DNA of 64,000 nucleotides from Callorhinchus milii (Eukaryota), in NCBI RefSeq assembly GCF_018977255.1, contig NW_024704742.1:60514001-60578000 (forward strand). The letters are read 5' to 3'. The first letter of the stretch is position 1, and each line of letters starts with the position of its first letter. Below are positions 53,282 through 63,535 of the stretch, one piece after another. The notes below the pieces were generated by a model. It made no database searches and was not told where the DNA came from. It saw only the letters and a list, made by a program, of their open reading frames with translations. The position numbers were made by a program, and so were the translations under genes.

Positions 53282-53655
53282 CCGGTCTGCTCCACGTCCC
53301 CCGCCCCAACCGCCCTACCATCGGTGGTCGGGCCTTCAGCCTCTCAGCCCCCAGGCTCTGGAACTCCATCCCCCAGTGCCTTCGCCGCTTCCTCCCATTC
53401 CTCCTTCAAGGCCGGTCTCAAAACCTTTCTCTTTGACCGTGCCTTCAGCTCCCTCTCGACTCTCTTCCTCCTCCTCGCTCCCTCCCTTCCCTCCCTCACC
53501 CTGACCATTTCCCCTCCTCTCTCCCTCCCTTCCCTCCCCTCACCCTGACCATTTCCCCCCTGCTCGGGTCATGACCCAACTGTGCAGCGCCTTGGGACGT
53601 CCTCCTGACGTGAAAGGCGCTCTATAAATGGAATCTTGTTGTTGTTGTTGTTGTT
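53282..53655 (+). mobile_element. L2 3' end with (TTG)n tail (similar fragments at ~4735-4935, ~25260-25570, ~11075-11320 (-))
   Basis: GGGCCTTCAGC...CTCTGGAACTCC...CCTTCAAG...CTTGGGACGTCCTCCTGACGTGAAAGGCGCTCTATAAATG + (TTG)n. Confidence 0.88.
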
Positions 53656-53671
53656 ATGAAACGTATCAGTG

Positions 53672-54000
53672 CTCCTGTAGCTCAGTGGTTAGAGCACTCG
53701 CTTTGCAAGCGAGAGACCTGAGTTCAATTCCAGGCAGAGGGCGAAACCTTGGGCAAGTTTCCTTACTCCACACAGAGCCTAATAATAATCCCTCCAAAAA
53801 AAACCAAAACAATAATAAATTGGTCATTTTCAATCTACGACTGTTTGTGGGACACTGCTGTGCGCAATTGGCTGCCGCGTTCGCCCACAAATATACAGTC
53901 AATTCACTTTACAGTTGTTCTGTGAAGCGCTTTGGGATGTCCTCTCGACGTGAAAAGCGCTATATCAAATGCAAGGATTATTATTATTATTATTATTATT
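53672..54000 (+). mobile_element. Full-length tRNA-derived SINE in NEIL3 intron 3
   Basis: Head with perfect anticodon-like arm CTCGC-TTTGCAA-GCGAG and long (TTA)n tail. Confidence 0.95.
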
Positions 54001-54190
54001 TGTACAATAAGCTGTGTGTATATAGTTAGAGGGTAGATAACATAACAGTGGCTATGTCTTTCATTAACCTTACTAGACAATTAATCCTACTTACTTAATA
54101 GCCTAGTGTTTCTTGCAGCATAACTCTGCAAAATAAAACGAAAAACTAAAATAGAAATCAAGTGTAAATGTTATTTGTACAATTCCTCAC

Positions 54191-54325
54191 CTGATTTCTA
54201 CTGTGGAGTCAAAAAAGCAAATCAGATCATTGCTGAGCTGGATCTCCAAACCAGCTGCTGCTCCACTTCTGTTGGTTTTCTCAGATGGATTGATACGCAT
54301 GGAGCCATTCATGCCAAAATGTATC
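54191..54325 (-). CDS. NEIL3: NEIL3 coding exon 3
   Basis: IHFGMNGSMRINPSEKTNRSGAAAGLEIQLSNDLICFFDSTVEI(R). ttccag| acceptor, AG|GTGAGG donor. 135 bp. Confidence 0.97.
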
Positions 54326-54703
54326 CTGGAATCGTACATACATGTTCAGTAAGACTTCAATAGTCCTTGTGGAACAAAGATGCATCATAACATTTCCTAG
54401 ATATGTTTGCAGATGAACACCATTATAATTACTTATAAATAGCTAAGGGAGCATCAACTCTTCACATCTTCCTTTCCCAAATCCGGTAAGGAGCTCACTT
54501 CAACTAATAAAGCAGGTAGCAAAACAGAGTAAAGGTGAACATTAAATAGAACAATAAGCAAGAAAAAGATAATTATTCTGCCATTATATAATCACTAGAA
54601 AGACTATCTGAAATAGTATGTGCAGTTTTGTGACTATGTCTTCACAAGGATGCTAAAACATTGGTGTGGAATCAACAAGAAGGAAAAGTATCAAGAACCA
54701 TAC

Positions 54704-54831
54704 CTTAAGGCTGTTGGGCCAAAATAGAGAAAGAGTTCTTTGCCTAATGTCTCCACATCAGTGTAGACCTTTCCTTGGAGCAGACTGATGTCACTCCGAT
54801 TGGAAACCTTCTGTCCATTACTTTGATTACA
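54704..54831 (-). CDS. NEIL3: NEIL3 coding exon 2
   Basis: ttttttcag| acceptor. CNQSNGQKVSNRSDISLLQGKVYTDVETLGKELFLYFGPTAL(R), with the catalytic Lys in ETLGKEL. Donor AG|GTATGG. Confidence 0.93.
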
Positions 54832-55987
54832 CTGAAAAAAGTCAACATCACAGTCATTTGCATTTTGTTTTGTGCAAAGGAGCAATTGATAATCTGTAAG
54901 AACTCTTTCTGAGCTGTACTATGCATCCAAATACAAAACGTAAGTGCCACGATAGAGATCTTTCAACTCAGTTTTACCGATTTTCACCATATATCCTTGA
55001 ATTTTTTTTTCTGAAAGTTAATCTGTAAAAAAAAATGTATTTCTCTGAAAAAAAAACTGGATCGTCCAGCTTTTTCTGCTTTGGGGATGCATGTATCCCA
55101 TAGCCTTGTCAATACGCACATTCGAGTTTACATTAAGAAACAACAGTAAAAAAGGTGGGCTCAAGAGTTTACCTGTGTATACTTTCAAGACACGTTCTTG
55201 GGTCACCAAAATGTGATTTGGCGTCAGAATCGCTTGAATTTGCTGCTCGTGGAATCACTGTACCAGGGAATCTTCCCACTCACCTTCCACCCTGCAAGCA
55301 AAGCCCTAACGCGTAGGGAGGTCCGTACTGGACACCCAGCGGGAAAGCTGGTCAGGCAGTGCTCTCAATGGTAAGCTATGCAGTTTTGCAGTTTTAGCTG
55401 ATTAAATTCTAGCAGTACCCCAACACACACTCTGCGCCCCCGAGCCTTGGCTCCCGCTCACCTGCGTCTAATACTTCCCGAATTTCAGAGTCCAGGGAGA
55501 GAGAAAATACACGATACCGATAAACATCTCTCGAATTTCCATGGGTGGGTGGGGATGCAGAGAATTCTCAGTTGGGTTTGGATACTCTCAAGCAAAGGTG
55601 ATGAGTTTTCACGTGTATTAGACACCCGACTGACCCCCAAGAAATCAACACCGAAAGGTCTCAAAGCGCTTCACAGGATTTACTGATAAAGCTTAATCTA
55701 CGACTGTTTGTGAGACATTGCTGTGTGCAATTGGCTGCCGCGTTCGCCCACAAATATACAGTCAATTCACTTTACAGTGTGTTCTGTGAAGCGCTTTGGG
55801 ACGTCCTCCCGACGTGAAAAGCGCTATATCAAATGCAAGGATTATTATTATTATTATTATTAAGCGAATGCAGCAGCCAATCTGCATATAGCAATTTCCC
55901 ACAAACAGCCACCAAGTAAATGACCAAACTTATCAGAGGGACTGTTGGCCACAGACACCGCGAGAAACTCCTTCCCCTTCTCGAACA

Positions 55988-56059
55988 GTGTGTGTGTGTT
56001 TGTGTGTGTATATGTGTATCTGTGTGTGTATCTGTATCAGTATGTGCGTATCTGTGTGC
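55988..56059 (+). repeat. Short (TG)n/TATC microsatellite in NEIL3 intron 1
   Basis: Same TGTGTATC motif as the large tract at 57425-58358. Confidence 0.85.
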
Positions 56060-56122
56060 ACATCCCCCGTGAGGCCCGTCAGCCCGTGAGGTGGGACCGA
56101 GTCCCACAGCCGTGACACTCAC

Positions 56123-56227
56123 CGCCTGCCCTCCCGCGCGGTGTGTCACACGGAGCACCGTCTGTCCGCCATCCACTCCGCTTCTCAGCGCCGCTCCGTA
56201 TAGCGCACAGTCCGCGCCCTCCACCAT
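56123..56227 (-). CDS. NEIL3: Endonuclease VIII-like 3 coding exon 1
   Basis: ATG at 56227 (-). MVEGADCALYGAALRSGVDGGQTVLRVTHRAGGQA resembles NEIL3 MVEGPGCTLNG..R....GQ.V..V. Donor |GTGAGT, phase 0. Confidence 0.9.
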
Positions 56228-56243
56228 AGCTCTCCCTCTGCTC

Positions 56244-56278
56244 TCCTTCCCGCGCTGCTTCAAACCCGCCCCGCCCAC
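56244..56278 (-). promoter_or_regulatory. NEIL3 core promoter: CHR element (TTTGAA) with GC-box/CDE-like and E2F-like flanks
   Basis: Minus strand reads GTGGGCGGGGCGGG-TTTGAA-GCAGCGCGGGAAGG. TTTGAA at 56259-56264 lies ~32 nt upstream of the ATG. Confidence 0.7.
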
Positions 56279-57331
56279 GGCACGTCACAGCCCCGCCCAC
56301 GGCACGTCATCACACCGTCACAGCCCCGCACACACCCACCGTCACAGCCACACCCACCGTCACAGCCCCGCCCACCGTCACAGCCCCGCCCACGCCACCG
56401 TCACAGCCCCGCCCACACCCACCGCCACAGCCCCGCCCACACCCACCGCCACAGCCCCGCCCACACCCACCGTCACAGCCCCGCCCACACCCACCGCCAC
56501 AGCCCCGCCCACACCTACCGTCACAGCCCCGCCCACACCCACCGCCACAGCCCCGCCCACCGTCACAGCCCCGCCCACGCCACCGTCACAGCCCCGCCCA
56601 CACCCACCGTCACAGCCCCGCACACACCCACCGCCACAGCCACACCCACCGTCACAGCCACACCACCGTCACAGCCCCGCCCACACCCACCGCCACAGCC
56701 CGCCCACACCCACCGCCACAGCCCCGCCCACACCCACCGTCACAGCCCCGCCCACCGTCACAGCCCCGCCCACACCTACCGTCACAGCCCCGCCCACACC
56801 CACCGTCACAGCCCCGCACACACCCACCGCCACAGCCACACCCACCGTCACAGCCCGCCCACACCACCGCCACAGCCCCGCCCACACCCACCGCCACAGC
56901 CCCGCCCACACCCACCGCCACAGCCCCGCACACACCACCGTCACAGCCCCCCCCGCACAGCCCCCCACACCTACCGTCACAGCCCCGCCCACACCCACCG
57001 TCACAGCCCCGCACACACCCACCGTCACAGCCCCGCCCACGCCACCGTCACAGCCCCGCCCACACCACCGTCACAGCCCCGCCCACACCCACCGTCACAG
57101 CCCCGCACACACCCACCGCCACAGCCACACCCACCGTCACAGCCCCGCCCACACCCACCGCCACAGCCCCGCCCACACCCACCGCCACAGCCCCGCCCAC
57201 ACCTACCGTCACAGCCCCGCCCACACACACCGTCACAGCCCCGCCCACACCTACCGTCACAGCCCCGCCCACACACACCGTCACAGCCCCGCCCACACAC
57301 ACCGTCACAGCCCCGCCCACACACACTGTCA
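56265..57331 (-). repeat. GC-rich ~24 bp minisatellite upstream of NEIL3
   Basis: + strand unit CCG(T/C)CACAGCCCCGCCCACACCCA with shorter variants; roughly 45 copies (estimate). Confidence 0.98.
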
Positions 57332-57355
57332 CGCAGAAGCCTCAGGAGCGCGCGA

Positions 57356-57364
57356 CACTTCCGG
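57356..57364. promoter_or_regulatory. ETS/GABP-type motif in a short CpG-rich unique island
   Basis: CACTTCCGG (CCGGAAGTG on -) preceded by GCGCGCGA, between the minisatellite and the (TG)n tract. Confidence 0.5.
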
Positions 57365-57424
57365 GTCCTACACGTTCAACTGTCAGAGAAACTGCCGCTC
57401 GTCACCCGACTGCCAGTCACCGAC

Positions 57425-57554
57425 TGTGTGTATCTGTACCTGTGTGTGTGTGTACCTGTGTGTGTGTGTATCTGTGTGTGTGTCTGTGTATGTATCTGTG
57501 TGTGTGTGTATCTGTGTGTGTGTATCTGTGTGTGTGTGTATGTGTGTGTGTGTA

Positions 57555-57627
<73 letters not shown>

Positions 57628-57658
57628 CTGTGTGTGTGTGTATCTGTGTGTGTGTGTA

Positions 57659-57695
<37 letters not shown>

Positions 57696-57789
57696 CTGTG
57701 TGTGTGTGTGTATCTGTGTGTGTGTGTATCTGTGTGTGTGTATCTGTGTGTGTATGTGTGTGTGTATCTGTGTGTGTTGTGTGTGTGTA

Positions 57790-57822
<33 letters not shown>

Positions 57823-57896
57823 CTGTGTGTGTGTGTATCTGTGTGTGTGTATGTGTGTGTGTATGTGTGTGTGTGTGTGTGTGTGTATCTGTGTGT

Positions 57897-57932
<36 letters not shown>

Positions 57933-58188
57933 CTGTGTGTGTGTGTGTGTGTATGTGTGTGTGTGTGTATATCTCTGTGTGTGTGTATCTGTGTGGTGTG
58001 TGTGTATCTGTGTGGTGTGTGTATCTGTGTGTGTGCATCTGTGTGTGGTGTGTGTGTGCATCTGTGTGTGTGTGTGTGTGTGTGTGTATCTGTGTGTGGT
58101 GTGTGTGTGTATCTGTGTGTGTGTGTGTGTGTATCTGTGTGTGTGTATCTGTGTGTGTGTGTATGTGTGTGTGTGTATCTGTGTGTGT

Positions 58189-58254
<66 letters not shown>

Positions 58255-58278
58255 CTGTGTGTGTGTGTATCTGTGTGT

Positions 58279-58314
<36 letters not shown>

Positions 58315-58358
58315 CTGTATCTGTGTGTGTGTGTATCTGTGTGTGTGTGTGTGTGTGT
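57425..58358 (+). repeat. Compound (TG)n microsatellite with TATC/TA interruptions
   Basis: Direct reading: (TG)nTATC blocks over ~930 bp. Confidence 0.98.
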
Positions 58359-58359
58359 T

Positions 58360-60853
58360 CCCTTCAGGCTTTCCCTCAAAATCCTCCTTGTTTACCGTCC
58401 CCCCAGGCCTTCCCCCACCTTCCTCTTGGACGTTTCCACCCTCCTATCTTCCCTCTCCCTCTGCTCTCTGAACGCCTCTTAATCTTAGACGACCTCCATT
58501 TCACCCTCTCCTGCTCTACCTCTGCCGACTCCACCTGCTTCCTCATCCACTCCCCCACCCACGACCATGGCCGCCCCCCTTGACCTGGTGATCACCCGGG
58601 GCCTCACCGTCTCGGACATCATCATCATCGACAAAGCCACTTCATCTCCCTCAACACCTCCATATCCCTTCCCTTTTCCCAACCCTCTGCCATCACATAC
58701 CGTCCGTGGAAAAACATTTCCTCCCTCTCCATCGTATCTATAAAGGTAATCTTGAGAAAATAGTTTTGAACTATTAGGCAATTGCTGATCACTTTCTGCC
58801 CTGGAGTCATCTGAACTCCTTCACCTCTGGCCCTCACTGACCGATCTCCCCTCCTCACTCTCTTTTCTCCACAACTCCCTCTCCACCATTCTGGACTCCC
58901 TTGCCCCCCTCACCTCCCGAACTGCCTCATACTCCCGTAAATCCCCCTGATACACCAGTCACCTCCGTTCCCTCAAGGCACAAGTGAAAGCTGCTGAATG
59001 CGCCTGGACCAAATCCAAACTAACCGTCCATCGGCAGATTTGGCTTCATCATACCAAGATCTACCGTTGCGCTCTTGCCTCCGCCAAATCCTCCTTCTAC
59101 TCCAAGGTTATCAGGGCTCCCTCTGCCTCCTTGTCCTCCTCGACCTCTCTGCCGCCTTCGACACCGTCGACCACTCCATCCTCATACACCGACTCTCCGC
59201 TTTACTTAATCTTTGCGGACCTGCCCTTGCCTGGTTAGATTCTTATCTCTCTCACCGTCTCCACTTTGTTGCCTCTAACGATTTCTCCTCCAGCCCCCAC
59301 ACTGTCACGTCTGGCGTCCCCCAGGGCTCTGTCCTTGGCCCTCTCCTCTTTAATCTCTACATGCTCCCCCGTGGTGACATCATCCGCAGACACGGGGTCA
59401 ACTTCCATATCTATCTTTCTGCCTCCACCCTCAACTCCAGGGCCACTGCTGTCCTGACAGACTGTCTGTCGGACATCAAGTCCTGGATAAGGGCAAATTT
59501 CCTACAGTTGAATGTGAACAAGACTGAGGCCCTCCTGATTGGTTCGTGCCAACGCCTCAGCACCTCAGGCTCTGCCAGCATCAACCTCCATGGTTGCACA
59601 CTACAACTCACCAGCCAGTCAGGAACCTGGGTGTCTTCGATCCTCAACTGTCTTCTTCCCCACATCATCTTCCCCATCACCTGCTCTGCCTTCCCTCACC
59701 TCTGTAACATCAGCTCAGGTTCCATCTCCATCCAGTGGAGGCCTGTGGCTCAGTGGTTAGACCACTCGCCTCGCAAGCGAGAGACCTGGGTTCGATTCTC
59801 AGCAGGGCAAAACCTTGGGCAAGTTTCCTTACTCCACACGCCTGATAATAATCCCTTAAGAACAAAAAAAATGATTTGATCACTCAATCGACGGCTGTTT
59901 GTGGGACAGTGCTGTGCACAATTGGCTGCAGTGTTTTGCCCACAAAGTATAAAGTCAATTCACTTTACCGTATATTCTGAGAAGCACTTTGAGATGCCCA
60001 GAAGACGTGAAAAGCGCTATATCAAATGCGAGGATTATTATTATTATAGCCCGACTCCGCCACTACCTCACCCCTCAGGCCACTGAAACTCTCGTTCATG
60101 CCTTCATCACCTCCAGATGTGACTGCAAATGTCCTGCTTGTCGGCCTTCCCAACTCCTCCCTCCACAGGCTGCAGATAATCCAGAACTCTGCAGCCCATG
60201 TCCTCTCTCGCACCAAACTCCGTGACCCCATCTCCCCCATTCTCGCCCGACTCCATTGGCTCCCTATCCTTCAGAGGATCCAGTTCAAGATCCTGTTCCT
60301 CACCTACAAAGCCCTCCATGGCCTCGCCCCACCCTACCTCTGCGACCTCCTAACCCCCTGCCTTCAGCCACTCTGCCCCCAACCTCTGGAATTCCATCCT
60401 CCAGTCACTCCGCCAGAGCATCTAGAACTCTGCAGCCCATGTCCTCTCCCTCACCAGGCTCCGCGACCTTATCACCCCTATCCGCGCCCGACTCCACTGG
60501 CTTTCCCATCACACAGAGGATAACAGTTCAAGTTCCTGGTCCTCACTTTCAAAGCCCTCCATAGCCTTGCTCCTCCTACCTCTGCAACCTCCTACCAACG
60601 TGCCCGCTTCCTCCACTCAGCGGACTCTAGCCTGCTTCACGTTCCCCACCTCGCCTGCCCCAGAATTGTCGGGTGAGCCTTTAGACACTGCCCCCACCTT
60701 CTGGAACTCCATCCTGCAGTCCCTCCGCCTTGCTCCCTCCCTTGCCTCCTTCAAGACCCATTTCAAGACCCTCCTCTTCAACCATGCCTTCGGTCACCCT
60801 CCTTCCCCCCCTGCCCTCCACCCTTCCCGAAACCGACCCCCAGCTCAGGTCCG
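58360..60853 (+). mobile_element. L2-clade LINE, internally deleted (endonuclease end, RT, 3' region)
   Basis: PTHDHG..LDLVI (APE end), [61 protein letters not shown]; pyrimidine-rich sense strand. Confidence 0.93.
59737..60047 (+). mobile_element. Full-length tRNA-derived SINE inserted into an L2 LINE
   Basis: Family head/core/tail. L2 ORF2-like sequence (HLCNI... / ARLRHYLT...) flanks both sides. Confidence 0.92.
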
Positions 60854-61580
60854 AATACAATATTACATTTGTAAAGCACCTTTCACGTCGGGAGGACATC
60901 CCAAGGCACTGAAGTCAGGGATTAGGACCCGAGCAGGGTGGGGGTGGGATTTGGGATCAGGGAGGGTGGAGGGTAGAAGGGTGGTCGAAGAGGAGGGTCT
61001 TGAGGCATACCTTGAAGGAGTCAAGGGAGGGAGCAAGGCAAAGGGACTGTAGGATGTAGTTCCAGAAGGTGGGGGCAGATAGGCTGAAGGCCTGACCACT
61101 GATGGAGCAGGCCAGAGCCCACTGAGCGGAGAGATTGGACAGTGTGATATGGGGTTAGCAGGTCGGAATAGTAGGAAGGGGCAAGGCCATGGAGGGCCTT
61201 GAAGGTGGGGACGAGAATTTTGAACTGGATCCTCTGACTGATGGGGAGCCAGTGGAGCCGGGTGAGGGCGAGTGTGATGGGGTCATGGAGCCTGGTGTAG
61301 GAGGGGACATGAGCCTCAGAGTTCTGGATGATCTGCAGCTTGTGGAGGGAAGAGTTGGGAAGGCCGACAAGCAGGCCGTTGGCATGGTCAAGCCTGGTTG
61401 TAATGAAGACATGTATGACGGTTTCGGTGGTCTGGGAGGTGAAGCATTGGCAGTCGGGCAATGTGGAGGTGGGGGAAGGTATAGCAGATTCATCGCACAG
61501 ATGGTGAGAAAGGATAGTTGAGGGTCAAATAAGACGCCTAGGTTCCTGACTGGCTTGGTGAGGTGGAGTGTGCATCCGTG
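60854..61580 (-). mobile_element. L2-clade LINE 3' fragment in opposite orientation
   Basis: Minus ORF TETVIHVFITTRLDHANGLLVGLP...LHWLPISQRIQFKIL. The L2 tail reads from 60854. Confidence 0.92.
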
Positions 61581-63199
61581 GATATATAGAAAAACTTCTG
61601 TAAGAATTAAACTTTATGGTTTCAAGTGAGGAATGTTCATTTTAAAATCTTTGTCCTCTAATTCAGCTTCCACAGTCAGATAACCTGAGTCGGATAAGTC
61701 AGATAACCTGATTGCATCAATATCATCTATATAGAATCCCTCCCCCCCAAACAAAATGATAATAATGTGGTCACTCAATCAACGACCTTTTGTGGAAATT
61801 GCTCTTTGCAATTGGTTGCTGCATTTCTTTTACAAAATACACTTTACAATATATTCTGTGAAGCGCTTTGAGACATCTCAACAACTCGATAAGGTGCTGC
61901 ATCAAATGCAAGGATTATTATTGTTCAGCATATGAAAAAGCCTGTCCACCTTCAGCCACACAATAAAATTGTGTAAAGCTCTTTGAAACATTTCAATAGA
62001 AAATCCTGTGAAGCGATTTGAGAACATTTTACAATGTAATTTGCTATCAAATGACAGGATTATTATAGTTACCCTGATACTATTTTAATTTTGTGATGTA
62101 GTAATCTTATAGTGATTGTAGAGGGAGCTATAGACACACTATATTATGGTTTGGCAAGTTTATTCCTGTTTCTCAACATGCACTGACACAGTGTAAAGTA
62201 GAACAAATAGCAGGATGAGCATTCTATGCCACAACCTTGTCTAGATGGTAAACTGACAGCAATTGTCTTGTTGATCGGTTTATATTGTTGAATATATGAT
62301 GGGTCTCACAAGTCTCACAAGTAGGTCAAGGTAGCTCAAAATCTGGGAAAGGCAAAGAATGCATTTGGATACATGTTATTTCTGTGTCAAGATCCAGGAA
62401 ACCCAAAATATTCTTTGAAAAACTAAAATGAATTTTAACTTTCTCAAATTAGTTTTATTAGCCTAAATTCTGGATGTGCTGAGACAATAATAATAATCCT
62501 TGCATTTGATATAGCGCCTTATCACACCTTTGAGATGTCTCAAAGCGCTTCCAGGATATACTGTAAAGTGAACCGACTGCATATTTTGTGGGTGAAATGC
62601 AGTAGCCAATCGCACACAAACAGTCGTGGATTGACTGAGATGACTGGGACATCTCAACGAAGTGATAAGGCACTATATCAAAAACAAAGACTATTATAAT
62701 ATTTTAGTTTTTAATTATATCTATTATCATAAATTTTACCCCCGTAAATGCCAGTTGATGTCAGCTACTCTAACACCAGCTTATATCCATTTGTGGGGTT
62801 GGTAGTACTATTGTATCTACTTTTATATTTGTACAATCACTGACAGACGTAATAAGAAAGCTCTCTCAAATAAAACATAGCTAATACTGAAAAGAGCTAA
62901 CAAAAATAACACCTTACACTTATATAATGCCTTTCGCATAGGGAGCACATTTCAAAGACTGAGTGGGAGTAATCTATACAAACCTGTTTATATACATAAA
63001 ATGGCTACATTTTTATTTTAAAATATGAATTTGATTGTGCTGTATATTAACCAACTGTGTGCTCTCTCGTAGCCTGGCCAAGCATACAGTCTCACCACAT
63101 AAGGCAAAATGAATGAAAACTGACATTCTTAATGTTTCACATAGATCATCTACGATCATCAGAGGTCCTTTTATACTCCAGAGCTGGCAGGAGGTGAGG

Positions 63200-63535
63200 A
63201 GCAGATTGAGGGCTTTAATGACCCATTCCATTGGGAGGAGGTGATCTCCACACAGGAACCTTGCTAATGGCAAGGTAGCGGGTTCAGACAGCATTGATGT
63301 TGAGTTCCTAAAAACTGCTCGGGGTGGGTGGTGGGAGGAGAGCAAGAAGGGACAAAGAATGGTGAGGATCTTACAGACCCAAGCCAGAAACCTCCAACTC
63401 AACGTGTAGTTGTCCTCATACTGCTGGTCAACAGGACTCTCTGAGGCAGCAACTCCGTCAGTGTTCCAGAATGCAACGGTGGTTTCTGTCCACAAGGCGG
63501 GTGACCCTAGTGAGACTGAGAATTACACAGTCACT
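63200..63535 (+). mobile_element. Non-LTR retrotransposon RT N-terminal remnant, clade undetermined
   Basis: GKVAGSDSIDVEFLK and PSVFQNATVVSVHKAGDPSETENY resemble the K.PG.DG / A.V..I.K.GD....NY motifs of LINE RT domains 0-1. Confidence 0.65.

Noticed and set aside
53672..53745. tRNA-Ala(TGC) gene (also 40477, 42236, 44694, 59737, 7935-8008)
   Set aside because: A/B boxes and the anticodon arm are present, but there is no proper acceptor stem and each runs into SINE body and tail. These are SINE heads.
54295..54325. NEIL3 HFGMNG versus mammalian HFGMKG as loss of the catalytic lysine
   Set aside because: The catalytic Lys is the one in ETLGK (exon 2), which is intact.
56228..56278. N-terminal extension of NEIL3 suggested by ORF 55829-56278
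   Set aside because: It starts at a GTG within the promoter repeat. NEIL3 needs Val2 as its free N-terminus, so the ATG at 56227 is the start.
56091..58583. 830 aa PTPTVTA/CV-rich ORF resembling a mucin or metallothionein
   Set aside because: Concatenated minisatellite, (TG)n and L2 sequence, with a non-ATG start and open in multiple frames.
58998..59879. 293 aa reverse-transcriptase ORF as an active or domesticated gene
   Set aside because: Internally deleted L2 lacking the YADD catalytic motif, frameshifted and interrupted by a SINE.
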